DNA of 57,013 nt, filler included, from Trypethelium eluteriae (taxonomy: Eukaryota), in NCBI GenBank assembly GCA_051942245.1. It is 3 parts of 3 records of this genome, joined end to end, with 100 filler letters (N's around TTAATTAATTAA, not from the genome) between each part and the next. Parts side by side here need not be neighbours in the genome. Positions count along the whole stretch, not along the records: positions 19,111 to 38,021 come from JAVECL010000541.1; 2 more parts are not named here. One strand, 5' to 3'. Positions 26,693 to 38,021 of the stretch are shown here, in pieces; within the stretch, counting starts at the first letter, position 1; the number at the start of each line of letters is the position of its first letter. A model generated the notes under the pieces. That model was not told the origin of the DNA, did no database searches, and saw only the letters and a program-made list of their open reading frames with translations. Position numbers and translations under genes: made by a program.

Positions 26693-28387
26693 ATGTTAGT
26701 CCTCCGCGACCTGCTGCTCTTCTGGGGCAACCTCGCCATCGTGGCGAAGTGCGTCTCAGGAGAGGGCAGACCGCAAGCTAGCAGCAGCAATCTGCTCTCG
26801 GATCCCTCTGATTTCGATCCTTCACTGGATACGCCTTCGGACGATGGCTTTGTCGCTGGATCGCAAGACAGGGACGAGTTGCCCTTGGCCACTCAAATCA
26901 TCTCGATGGCGCAGATAGAACTTGCTAAGCGACAAGAATCTTCGACCAACGTCTCCGATAATGGTGTCACCGCGACATCCAGTTCAGCGGTCTCGTCAGG
27001 TACCAGCACTATTGGTGTTACGTCGACTTCATCATCAGTAACTCCGACGACGAGTTCTACAGATACGACGACTCCAACATCCACAAGCCCAACTTCCACT
27101 CAAAGCACCCCGTCCACAAGTACCTCTCCGACAACTTCCAATCCGCCAAGTACAACTATTCCAACCACTTCGACCACTTCGGACACTGCGACCACACCAG
27201 CTTCACCTACCTCTGTTTCCCCTACAAGCACTGCTCCAGGTACAACTGCGACAACGAGTAAGTCGGTTTCTGCAACTACTTCTGCAACTACTTCTGCAGG
27301 CTTGTTTACCACAGTTTCTGCCTCTTCATCTTCCATAACCACTTCAATCTCTTCTCTCTCCACCGAAAGTTCCTCAGGATCAAGCTCTCAACAAGCTTCG
27401 TCCACAGGATCCGGCAGCTCTTCACTGTCATCTCAAATCTCAGCTTCATCTCGTAGCTCTCTAGTGACTAGCTCTGAATCTTCCCTGTCTGTAGGCGATA
27501 GCAGCACTGGCTCTTCCAGCGCTCAGCCTACTTCTCCTAGCGGTGCTTCTCCTTCGGCGTCCTCTCCCTCGACGTCCACCACCGGTGCCGGTACTTCCCC
27601 TTCTCCTTCCTCTTCCTCGTCCACTATCCTATCAGCCTCTCCCGGCTCCAGTTCTGAACAAACATCGTCCACAGGTGCTCCTCCACCACCGCCCGCATCA
27701 TCGTCGTCTAACCCCGGAATCGTCGTCCCTGTCACCCTCTCTACTTCGTCTGGTGGCTCTGCGATCGTCGAAACTACCTCAGCATTCTCCGCGGCAACAG
27801 CTAGCACCTTTATCCCCCTCACGACCACCAATGCTCAAGGTCAATCCATCACATCCTCCACCCAAGTCCCAGCCGCCATCTTCTCCACCACCAATTCCCA
27901 AGGTTCACCTATCCTCACCACCAGCGCCCAGGTCTCCGCACCTGCCATCCGCCCCTCTGGCTCCTCCGCAGCGGGCAACAATCTCCTCACTACAACCGAT
28001 CGCTTCGGCAACAGCGTCGTCCTTTCCGGTGCCACTCCAGGCGCGGTCCTCACTACTACCGATGCGAAAGGTTCCACCATTGTCACCACCATAACGCCCT
28101 CGGGCCTCGGTGCCCTCTCCTCTCTCGTCCTCTCGACCTCGACGCTGCCGGGTGGTCAGTCGACGACCATCACCAGCTTTGCCGTCGTTGCTGCTAGCGG
28201 TTCGGAAGGATCTGGTGGTGCGGGACCTACTGGGTCGGCGGGGGCGTCAGGAACGGGACCGGCGCCAGGATTGCAAACTGCTGCGGCGGAAAGGAGGGAT
28301 GTAGGCGCGTTGGGAACCGTTGCGATGTGGGCTGTAGGGCTGGTAGCCGTAATGGAGTCTGTGGTCGCCTTTTTCGGTTTCCTGTAA
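26693..28387 (+). CDS. Ser/Thr-rich mucin-like, probably GPI-anchored cell-surface protein, 564 aa
   Basis: N-terminal signal-like sequence, a KR (Kex2-type) site at ELAKRQE, a long S/T/P stalk, TTTxxxG repeats and a hydrophobic C-terminus. A probable 5'-UTR intron lies at about 26591-26651. Confidence 0.8.
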   Translation: MLVLRDLLLFWGNLAIVAKCVSGEGRPQASSSNLLSDPSDFDPSLDTPSDDGFVAGSQDRDELPLATQIISMAQIELAKRQESSTNVSDNGVTATSSSAVSSGTSTIGVTSTSSSVTPTTSSTDTTTPTSTSPTSTQSTPSTSTSPTTSNPPSTTIPTTSTTSDTATTPASPTSVSPTSTAPGTTATTSKSVSATTSATTSAGLFTTVSASSSSITTSISSLSTESSSGSSSQQASSTGSGSSSLSSQISASSRSSLVTSSESSLSVGDSSTGSSSAQPTSPSGASPSASSPSTSTTGAGTSPSPSSSSSTILSASPGSSSEQTSSTGAPPPPPASSSSNPGIVVPVTLSTSSGGSAIVETTSAFSAATASTFIPLTTTNAQGQSITSSTQVPAAIFSTTNSQGSPILTTSAQVSAPAIRPSGSSAAGNNLLTTTDRFGNSVVLSGATPGAVLTTTDAKGSTIVTTITPSGLGALSSLVLSTSTLPGGQSTTITSFAVVAASGSEGSGGAGPTGSAGASGTGPAPGLQTAAAERRDVGALGTVAMWAVGLVAVMESVVAFFGFL

Positions 28388-29610
28388 AAAATTTGCTGGG
28401 GTTGATGATTGGGGGGCATGTTCGCCCTCACACTGTGTACACGTATCTTCACGACGGATCATGTGGTCAATGTCTCTCCTTTTAGACTCCTCTGGCTCCA
28501 ATGGTCATCATAATGCATAGCGGGAAACTGTGGGATTCTTCTTCTTTCGGGTTGTGAGCATGGAGTGCTCTTGAGTTGACAATGGAGGAGTGATGATACA
28601 TATATTAAGAGGCAAAAGTACAAACTATGGGTACTGGATGTAATTGGACGGAAGAGGAAAAGAAGTCTAATATTATGGCATCCGCAGCTTCGTCTAATCA
28701 TAACATGCGCAGAGCATCGCACTTGAGCAATTCCGTTCAGCCGACCCGTCTTGACTTTACTGTAAGCTTCTATTCTCAGTATATCGCTTCCGCACCTCGC
28801 CAGCCTCAGCTCCTCTCGACTGTTGTATTCTCGGACCATCATCACGATTACTCCACTTTCGAGACGAGAACTTGGGTAATCGCGCTTTGGTAGGTGAAGG
28901 GCAAGAAAGAGAGGTTCGCTTAGCGAAAGCAATTGAATTTTCCCAAACTGAATCGAAAGGGTGCCCTCCGAACGCCATTCTTGTCGACGATGATTCCGCC
29001 ACCTGTCTCTCGGTCAGATCTGTCAAGAGAATAGACGTTAAGAGTGGAAGAGTATGAGACGCACCACCATGTTTTCCGCCGAACTGCTTTGTCCACATTA
29101 ATGGCATGATGAAACCGAGATTTGGGTGGTGAGAGCTCTGGTATGAATCCTTGCGTTGCGCCTTGAGGAATGCTGTAGTGCAATGAGGGATGTAAATTTT
29201 TTGGGTACTCGTGGGAATGGTACTGTAGAGTTTACGGCTGTGAAATAGAGGAGAGCAATGAGATATACACCTATCCTACCAGGACGACTTACCGGGTCGT
29301 GGGATAATCTTTTGTGGCTTGGCTCAAACCTTGTAACGATGATGTCTGCCAAGGATGCGAAACTTGGAACTTGGTCTGGGCAGATATGTATAACTCCACT
29401 TGAACAACTCGGGCTGACTCAGCATTCATACAATGAGACCAATCGTCAGAAAACCGTTTCAAAATGATACGAGCGTTGACTACGAGATGAGACTATCCGA
29501 TCCATGATCGCCCTTTCTGCATACCCCATGAACTCCGACTCAAAACCATCTCAATATGGTCTTCAGAGACAGCCTTACTCTGGAGAGCTTAGGCAAGCAC
29601 CGCTTGATCA

Positions 29611-30719
29611 TCAGCAAACCTCTTTAATAAAATCCTCAACCCAAACCGTCCCCTTCGCCTTGTGCGTGTACCCCAATTGCCGATCCGTAATCATATCCTC
29701 ATGCACTCCATCCTCCTGTACCACAACCCTCACATCCCCATGCCCTTCCGCCAACAACCCCGCTACCTTCTCAATCGAATCCATTAAAAGCTCCCACCTA
29801 CCCCCATACACCCAAACTCTACGCACCACACCCTCACTCCCCTCGAACCAGCCCTTCGGCGCCAACACCGCCTGATTGTACGCATCCGGCGGCGCGCCCC
29901 CCATGAACTGCGCCGCCATGCGAACAAGGAGCGGGACCGCAATGACATCCTTGAGCACATTGGCGTCGACAGAGCGCCAATCAAGGGAGAAGCTAACCCA
30001 GGGCGAGATGAGCAGAGCCGCAGCCAGCGGCTCGCTGAGCGCGAGGGGCTCAACATCCGGGTGGGGATGCAGCAGGTGCGAGAGTAGTGCGAGCGTGAGG
30101 TTACCGCCAGCGGAGTCGCCGCCGACGAGCAGGTCCGACGGCGCGCGGTGCTCTATCTCAAGGAGGTGACGGAGGAGGGCGCACGCTTGCTCGAGTTGTG
30201 TCGGGTAGGGGGCGCCGGGGGCGAGCGAGTAGGACAGCAGCACGGTTGAGATGGAGTGGCCTTGCGATTGGAGCGAGTGCGTCAGGTCGACGAGCCAGTG
30301 CAGGTGGCCGGCTGAGCAGGGGAGACCGTAGCCGCCGCCGTGGAAGAAGATGAAGATTTTGTCTGAGCTGCGGGGGCCGATCCAGTGGGCGCGGCTGTCG
30401 TAGGGGAGGTCGATGCTGTCGGGGTTGAAGCCGCGCTCTTGGGCGACTTGCAAGTATGTGGCGTCGGTGGAGGGGAAGAGCCATTGCTCTTGCGAGCTGT
30501 TGGAGAGGGTGTGGAAGGTTCGGAACTTGGCGAAGGTCACATCTTTGTAGAAAGATGGAGAGTCGGCGGGTCGTAAGGGAGAGACAAGAGCACGTCCGAA
30601 AGCCGCAAGATCTTTGATATGTTAGCCAGCAGCAGGTTGAAAAGATTCTGCGTTCCGAGTGACTGACAAGCTCCAACTGTCGATCTTGCTACGCCTACTA
30701 CGTTGGCTAAACTAGCCAT
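29611..30719 (-). CDS. Alpha/beta hydrolase, HSL family (Say1/steryl acetyl hydrolase-like esterase)
   Basis: ATG 30719; intron 30667-30612. FHGGGY oxyanion motif, YSLAPGAPYPTQL, nucleophile GDSAGGNL, LLISPW and a C-terminal His in GVHED. Confidence 0.9.
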
Positions 30720-31079
30720 CTCAACTCACCTTTCGACGAGAAATTGATGTTGAACTGAGATGATGACGAGGATCTGATATGTAGACTGACAAGAAACACC
30801 CACGATTTTAGACGTGTCGTCTGGAGAGCTTACTACTGCATAAGGTAGCTACTTCAGAAGGCAGTCGAGTCCCCACAATAAACTCCACCATCCCCGGCAC
30901 TGAAATGATTGATCTAGTAAGCCGGAGAAACATTTGCAAACAGGGGAGCATTGCGGGACAATCACGTGAAGCAGATTGAGAGCAGGTGCATTGCAGATAC
31001 CTTATTTGATAGTGCCTGACATACTTATGGCGTGCTTCCCATATTGAGACTAGTAAATCACTACTCCAAAGCGCGAGTC

Positions 31080-32923
31080 ATGGCTACAACGTCAGGGCAA
31101 ACTTCTGAATCAACAAGTCGCTGCTCCACACCAATTGAACGCAAGATTCCCTGTCGTCCAATGTCGATACACAACACGGCGTCAGCGTCTAGGCTCCATA
31201 TTGCGGGAGGATCGCCGGAGATCCCTGTGCGGGTCTCGAGCGTGCAGAACTTGAAGAAGCGGAAGGCTCCTGGATCTGTATCCGGCCGAGCCGTCTCGAA
31301 CCTTACACAGGAACAGCTTGCCAAGAAGCGAGCCAATGATCGTGAGGCTCAGCGGGCGATTCGAGAAAGGACGAAGAATCAGATCGAGCTCCTGGAGAGG
31401 CGAATCGAGGAGCTACAGTCCCAGGATGCCTATCAGGAATTGCGCAAAGTTCAGCAGCAAAAAGAAGGTAATGTAGATGAATGCCCGCTGATAATTTTAA
31501 GAACACAAATTTGATATTGGATTAGGAGTTGAAGAGGAGTTGTCTCATATAAAGACGCAGTTGTCGTCCATTTTGTCGAGTTTGCAATCTGTAGTCGCTC
31601 AGGGTTCCAAAGGTAACGAGTCAAATCAAAGAATCTAACTTATCATACGCGTCTCATGTCCTTTAAGTGCTGATATTTCTAAGAAAATCCACGATCAGTT
31701 CCTGCTTATGAAGCCGTCCGCTCACAGCGACTGCCTGTATCATTCCAGCCACCCCATTGTGAAGCTGCTCATGGTGCTACTAACCTTGGTGACTCGCCGT
31801 CAACCACTTCATCGATTCCTGACCCCAGGTATTTCAGTTTCTCACTGCTCAACCACTTCGCTTCTGATCAGAGAGACTGACTGTTGACTGACCCAGCGCT
31901 AATCGGCAATGGCTGCGTTCTGGAGATATCCATCCCGATCTGCAAAACTGGTCTCCGAGTGATCCCTTTGAGGAGCAGAGAGAAGCTCTCCAGTCTGGTC
32001 TTGATCTCGAAGAATCTGGCGAACGATTAGGCTTTAGTTTCCTTCTTGATGAAAACCAGTCGCTGCTACCATCAGATCGAACGGACTTGCAGCCTCCTCA
32101 GCAATCCAGAATTGACCGGTCTGGAAAACGGTCGAAGGGAATGCCAGCATTTACTACGCTCCCTCGGACGCTAGGGGCTACATGTCCGTTGGATGGCATC
32201 TTACTGGACTTCTTAGCAGAGCGGCAACATCGTGAGGCCGAAGGATATTCAAGTAGTCGATTGGTCGGGCCAGCGTATCCAAGGTATGTAGGAATGTATG
32301 TAGTACCTTCGCCTCCGGAGCTAACATTCAATACGAAGCGTCTCATCACTTTTGAATCCTGAGCGAAGCAAGTTCTCACATCCGCTATCCAAGGTGTTCA
32401 CAGATATTCTAAGCACGTTTCCGGACTTGAAGCATCTACCCGAGCAAGTAGCAGTATTATATATCATGTTTCTTGTGTAAGGCATTGATTAGGGTCTCAT
32501 TTGTGAACTATAAGTATTAACACAGGCAATAGAATGAGATGGCAGATCGCACCGACGCAAGAAAACTACGAAAGGCTACCGGACTGGATCACGCCGAGAC
32601 CGTCACAGCTGTTTACGGCTCACCCTGCGTGGATGGATTACTTACCCTGGCCGCGCATGCGAGATCGTATAATCCAGCATCATGCATCGTATCCATTTGA
32701 CTCTTTCTTTATTCCGTATACTGTGACCTTGTGCCTGAACTGGCCTTACGAACCAACAGACTGCTTGCTCTCGGCGAGTGAGAGTGAGGACTTGCAAATC
32801 AATCCCGTGTTCGAGCGTCACCTGCGCAACCTGCTGAATTGGAGCCTTGGTCCTGCCTTTGCAAAAGCCTTTCCGGATCTTGCGGCGGTCGCGAGAATCA
32901 AGGATGATGTTCCGATAAGATGA
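31080..32923 (+). CDS. bZIP transcription factor with a C-terminal DUF3425 domain (6 exons)
   Basis: Basic region LAKKRANDREAQRAIRERTKNQIELLERRIEEL, then TCPLDGILL and MRWQIAPTQENYERLPDW.TPRPSQLFTAHPAWMDYLPWPRMRD...NPVFERHLRNLLNWSLGPAF. GT-AG introns link the exons in frame. Confidence 0.88.
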
Positions 32924-33213
32924 GAAATTGTGCAATTCTTGTTGTGTCCTGATAGGAGATGGTGTTCACGTTGCACGAAATGCGATAAGGAATGCCAGTA
33001 TCAAGGGCTAGGCGACTACTTCTACTCCAAGATCCAGTTGAGGCCCTCCCGAGTCCTGAAATCTGAAATGGGAATATCGAAGAGACGTTCCACAATTCTT
33101 GTCGGATGTCCATTAAGCCTTTTTTACGGTACTCGAGCAAGCAATTATTACGGGGGGGGCAACCAGATCATGTTGGACGTCAAAATATCGGCTACCTCCA
33201 ACAGATAGACGTT

Positions 33214-34461
33214 TCAGTGGTCCCCGAATGCATCCATTGCTTCATCTTCCCAATCTGAAATATCAAATCCCGCATCGGTGCCATCAGATGCGGAGCCAGT
33301 CTCGCTGTCAGCCTCTACAGGCCTCCTCCAGATTCCATCTCCGGCTGTCTCCCACCCATATATGGCCAACGGTCCTCCCAGCGAGAGGCTCAACTCCTCT
33401 TGAAAGCCTTCGTACAATCCCCAATCCAAACACCTAAACAACCGAAGCCTGGAGCCTTTCCTTGCAGCCTGTTGCGGAATCTCTTCGCCCAGGGAACGAT
33501 AGCTCTCGCCAAGTTCCGACCAACAGTCGCTTAGCTGTGCCGTCCCGACTCGTTCGGGGTCCTCTAGCAGTCTGCTTGCGTAAAGCGGTGCTAGCTGAAC
33601 GGTGAGGGATTGTACTACCAGCCGGAGCTTGGCAAAGCGAGCAACGAATCGTTCGACGGCGTCTGGAAGAGGGAAAATGGCGACAAAGGTAATGTGGGTC
33701 AGGGTTTGAAAAAGTGGAGTGACTCTGAAGTACTCTTTGAGGCCACGAGAAATGGAAGGTGGGGTTTTGTGGAAGTATTCATAAGTGCTGTAGGCCTTGA
33801 GTGAAGATCCCTCATTGATGGAAATGTTGGTCCATTTACGTGGGTCCAAGACTCCATTGCGGCACATTGTCCGGGGAAAGCGTCGATCATCCGGGAGGTC
33901 CATGAACGTGTCATATTCACTGCCTGGAGCTTGTTCGAGCATTATCGCTTGCAAAGGCATATCGAAAGCCCAAGAATCATGCAGGACGATGTGAATATCA
34001 ATGAGGTTCCCGATCGCTTCCGGGTTGGCTAAAATTACGATCCGTTGGAGATGTGGCATCAGGGGTAGGATAGCTCCCCAGAAGTCAACCAGGCTGTCTA
34101 TTTGGGTGACCCATTCATTGGTGGCTGTTGCATATACGAACAGGCTCGTAATCCTGTTCTGCAAAACCGGGGTCGGAGGGAATGCTGAGAAACCTTCGAG
34201 ACGGAGGCTGTAGAGGGGGTCATCAGAGATAAGCAAAGGCGGTCCCATAGAGTCCAGATTGAGTCGAATATTTCTAAACAGACTTGGAAAGACGGCTATT
34301 CGCCATTTCCGGGATACGAGGGAAAGGCTCTTGAGGGGCTGGTGTTTGCAATGTGCCCAATTTTCGACGGAGGGCTCCCCAGTGAAGTTCTGCACTGAAG
34401 GAGCGTCGCCATCGAGATAGGACACAATCTGCAATTTCAATTCCGCCGGCAGACTATCCAT
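33214..34461 (-). CDS. Fungal F-box domain protein, intronless
   Basis: Likely start MDSLPAELKLQIVSYLD (F-box), followed by LKSLSLVSRKWR, DSWAFDMP, NEGSSLKAYSTYEYFHKTPPS and an acidic tail. Confidence 0.8.
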   Translation of the reverse strand: MDSLPAELKLQIVSYLDGDAPSVQNFTGEPSVENWAHCKHQPLKSLSLVSRKWRIAVFPSLFRNIRLNLDSMGPPLLISDDPLYSLRLEGFSAFPPTPVLQNRITSLFVYATATNEWVTQIDSLVDFWGAILPLMPHLQRIVILANPEAIGNLIDIHIVLHDSWAFDMPLQAIMLEQAPGSEYDTFMDLPDDRRFPRTMCRNGVLDPRKWTNISINEGSSLKAYSTYEYFHKTPPSISRGLKEYFRVTPLFQTLTHITFVAIFPLPDAVERFVARFAKLRLVVQSLTVQLAPLYASRLLEDPERVGTAQLSDCWSELGESYRSLGEEIPQQAARKGSRLRLFRCLDWGLYEGFQEELSLSLGGPLAIYGWETAGDGIWRRPVEADSETGSASDGTDAGFDISDWEDEAMDAFGDH

Positions 34462-35184
34462 GGTGAGGGCAAAAAGCGGCAGAGGAATAGAGGAGCGCCG
34501 CACTCCTACTTTATATGGCTGTGGGGGCGCTGGTTGCAGTGAATCGTAAACGTTAATGGACACACACACATACGTGTGATACTCGTTCCACGTGAGTCAC
34601 TTTTAGATAAGCCCCAACTTAAGATTAACCCCTGATGAATCTGACGTTTTATCCTGTACTGACCTCGGAAAGTGTATATGGTGAATGCCCGATCACATCC
34701 ATAATCCTAGATTGGGTTGTATGTACTTTCCGGATTCGAGCTATCCCCATTAGGCTATGGCTCGCTCTTAAGGTGTAGGTTTTCACTAATTTTCGCCAGA
34801 ATTTTAGAATGCACTAGATTCAGGTTTATGATAGGTAATAAACTTATTTAGATGTATTCCACAGATCCGAGCTAACTCTCTTAGGCTATGATCTATTATA
34901 GGTGCAACCTCTGTGTTTTCTACCACCAAGATTCAACATTTGCCAAATACTTATGATATTGTTAGAGTATCTGTTCCCATAAACCTCGCGGATTTGCGTT
35001 ACCCTCCTGAGTGCGTTAGCCATCAAGATGCAATAGATCATTACGAAACACAAGTAAGATCTGGTTAAGTTCTATGCTTTAGTATACAAGGTACTGCACA
35101 TATCTACACTATCTTGAGACAACCTCATCAGCCTAGGTTGATATGTTGAGGATAAAGCTGATAACGAAACAATGTCCCGGAACT

Positions 35185-35601
35185 TCAGTGACCTTTTCCA
35201 CCTCGTTCATCCTGCATGCCGATGACTACGTCCGGAGCTTCAGGATGCTCTTTCTTCGCCTGCTCTGTACTTTTCGTTGTATCACGTTCCTCCGTAGCCT
35301 GTCCACCTTGATCTTTTGTCCTTGACCTATCGTAGACAGCGGCATTAGATCATTTCATAACTTGAGGCCAATGGCACAATATTTACTCTTTTCCCTTGTG
35401 AGCATTCTCCGACTGCACGTCTAGTTTGTCTGTCCTATCCGTCGCATGCGTCTTCTCAAGTTGCCGAAGCCCAGTGTAGCTGAATGGACGACTCGATCGA
35501 AGGTTCAACGATGAATGTGTATTGCAGGTGGTGCTGTGTTTGGGAGGATTGCGAATGAGACGGCGATAGGAAGTGAGAAGTTCCGAAGAAAAAGCCGCCA
35601 T
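35185..35601 (-). CDS. Small (118 aa) hydrophilic protein with a mitochondrial presequence-like N-terminus; uncharacterised
   Basis: ATG 35601; intron 35386-35327 (GTAAAT...CTAAT...TAG). The Arg/Ser-rich N-terminus is followed by HATDRTDKLDVQSENAHKGKE...QATEERD...AKKEHPEAPDVVIGMQDERGGKGH*. The C-terminal motif looks like one seen in conserved fungal hypothetical proteins. Confidence 0.8.
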
Positions 35602-35843
35602 TTTTATGAAATATGGAAAGACCAGTTGAGGTAGGGGATAGTAAGGAAGCAAAGATGCTGAAATTTGAATTTGGAGGTCTGCATTGTCGATGAAGCTTGC
35701 AGGTGAAAGGGATCTAAATCGGAGTCGTCAATGACCTCATCCACTGATTCACCGATTTTGGACCGTAGCCGTACATTTTTGCGGGGGCGGGACAACGGCG
35801 ATGCACCCCTGCCAATCCTTTCATCTGACAATTCTCGACTCTC

Positions 35844-36324
35844 ATGGAACCCACATTGCATGATCCTGAGTTCCCCTGCTCTCTGTCAGTGTTTCTCTGT
35901 TCACTGAAGTGCTTTCACCTGATCACTGACAATCAACAGGGACATCCGGATCGCGCTACCAAATCATCGCCTTGCACGCACCGCCCTCAACTCGCTCTCT
36001 GTTGACCAAGAGCTATCTCCTCTAGTTCGCCGGTCATTTTCCCTCGTGAAGCCATTATCAATACCATCGAATGAGACATCCCAGGTCGTCAATGGTCGGT
36101 CTGAAAGCTACGAAGACGACGAATCCAAGACGATACTTCTGACGCACTATAAGGCTACGACAAATCGCATGCTGCGTGTAGCCGTGAACGGATTTTTCGA
36201 GAGCGTCGGCGTGGTACTCCAAGTCATGGAGGAACTAGATCTGAACGCGATCCACAACGAGAGTATAGAGACTTTGGAAGGCGCTCAAGGAATCGAGGTC
36301 GGATTGGGTGGTGTGGCAGGTTAA
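35844..36324 (+). CDS. PCC1: EKC/KEOPS complex subunit Pcc1 (t6A tRNA modification)
   Basis: ATG 35844; intron 35885-35939. EFPCSLDIRIALPNHRLARTALNSLSVDQELSPLVRRSFSL...YKATTNRMLRVAVNGFFESVGVVLQVMEELD. Confidence 0.9.
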
Positions 36325-36700
36325 GTCACACCATAGGGTTTTCACGCTTGAAAAATATCAAACCCACGGGCGAACAAATCTCCTCACACCTATCTAACGA
36401 TATCTATCGAAAGGTAGCTCACTCTGTGGATGGAAATCCTGCTTCTGGTCCTTCTCCTGCTACCCTTTCAATATCTTCTTCCATTCTTCCGCCGCGACGT
36501 GATCAACCTTCTCCTTTGTGCTAGGACTATACACATCCTCACCACATCTCTAGCAACTCTGACCAGCGCTCAATTCGGAGGCCGATCACGCATTTGAATA
36601 GCGTCGTCATCGGCCGCAGTCCGCAAGCTTCCGCCCTGGCCGTACTCTCACTACTTCTCGCCATATTGTTGCCCGTTCAAAGCTACTGAGGTCGAATGGC

Positions 36701-36913
36701 TCATTGCCGGCGCTTTTGATCGCTCTTGCGCGTGAAAATAGACTGCAGTGCCGTCCCCACTGCAATGAGCATCAAGGCGATAAGGCGCTGAACCATTTGA
36801 GTAATCCATCGGGCTGGTGCGGTCATATTTTCCGAACCTCTGACATGGCCGGAACCTTCGATCAATTGCTGCGTCTTGGATGGAGCCTGTCTGGAGCTGA
36901 TCTGATCTGACAT
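36701..36913 (-). CDS. Putative 70-aa tail-anchored microprotein
   Basis: Good start context (tacaATGt), a pyrimidine-rich upstream leader, and one C-terminal hydrophobic helix (LIALMLIAVGTALQSIFT) followed by the basic tail RKSDQKRRQ. No recognisable family. Confidence 0.35.
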   Translation of the reverse strand: MSDQISSRQAPSKTQQLIEGSGHVRGSENMTAPARWITQMVQRLIALMLIAVGTALQSIFTRKSDQKRRQ

Positions 36914-37415
36914 TGTATATGTGAAGCGGCCTTATTGGCGTCGAGGAGTTGATCGATGCAAGGATAACGTGGTGGCGTGGGAAGTAGCTTCGGGAAGAGT
37001 GCAGGGATTCGTGACGATTGGATATTTGGAACAGATTTATGAAGGATTGATAGCGATCTCGCAGCAATTTTGGTTCAAGACGAAAGTCGAGAGAAAGCGG
37101 TTGGAGTGAATTTGTCAGAGATGTTAAGAAATGCCAGGTTGCACCAGCTGTGGCGCTTCAGGCCGTTCGGAGTAGGAAAGATGACCAACGTCATTGCGGC
37201 GCGAAGACGTAGAGGACCGATGCGATCAAAAGCAAAAATGAACACTACTTAGTAAGAATATTCAAACATTACGTCGATCCATAGAGACTGTTGGATTTGC
37301 TTCGAATGGGATGCTTAGCTCTGATTCTAACAACGGGATGGGAGCAGATCCTTGGACCGAATAGGTAATGTTAAGGATGATCAAAGTCCAAATACAGTAC
37401 CCATTGCGCGCCCAA

Positions 37416-38021
37416 CTAAGAACCACCACCACTCTTCCTGATCTCCCCAATCGCTTTACGCCGATGCTCACTCTCCGCAAACAGCGCCTCAATCAAATCC
37501 ACAATCTCGCTCGCCTCATACTCCAGCCTGAGCTCCGACTCCGTCCACATGTACACAATATCCGCCAACGAGCTCTCCATAATCTGGCCCAAGTACTGAA
37601 AGCGAAACCAATTCGGCACCACATACGGCGTGACATCGCTGACCACCTCCCCCTCCTCACCCCTCTGCACAAACAGCTCACTCAACGCAGCAATCTCGTC
37701 GCAGAACCCCCGCAACCGCTTCGACTCCGCCTCGCTGATATCCGCCATATCCGTCACGTCCGCCACCACCTTCCCCATGACACTCACCACCAGCGCCCCG
37801 ACCGCCTGCAGCAGCGCCGACCGCGACAAGATCGCCGCCCACACCGCGTGCACCTCGCGCACCCGGTCGACCGTCATGGCGACCGCGCGATCGCACTCGT
37901 GCGCGAAGGGTGGCGCGGTGCAGTTCGCGAAGCCTTGGGCGCTGTCGAGCAGGTCGCGCAGGATGGTGCGTTGGGCGTCCATTTCGTGGGCGTAGGCGCG
38001 GCGGCTGAGGCTGTCGAGGGC
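37416..38021 (-). CDS. ZW10: Centromere/kinetochore protein ZW10 / Dsl1 ER-tethering subunit; 3' fragment
   Basis: DISEAESKRL, PNWFRFQYLGQIMESSLADIVYMW and EIVDLIEALFAESEHRRKAIGEI are typical of the ZW10 C-terminus. The 5' end is lost in the gap. Confidence 0.87.
   Translation of the reverse strand, partial: ALDSLSRRAYAHEMDAQRTILRDLLDSAQGFANCTAPPFAHECDRAVAMTVDRVREVHAVWAAILSRSALLQAVGALVVSVMGKVVADVTDMADISEAESKRLRGFCDEIAALSELFVQRGEEGEVVSDVTPYVVPNWFRFQYLGQIMESSLADIVYMWTESELRLEYEASEIVDLIEALFAESEHRRKAIGEIRKSGGGS

Noticed and set aside
28459..29500. Several 60-157 aa ORFs between the mucin and the esterase
   Set aside because: No codon bias, motifs or coherent exon chain.
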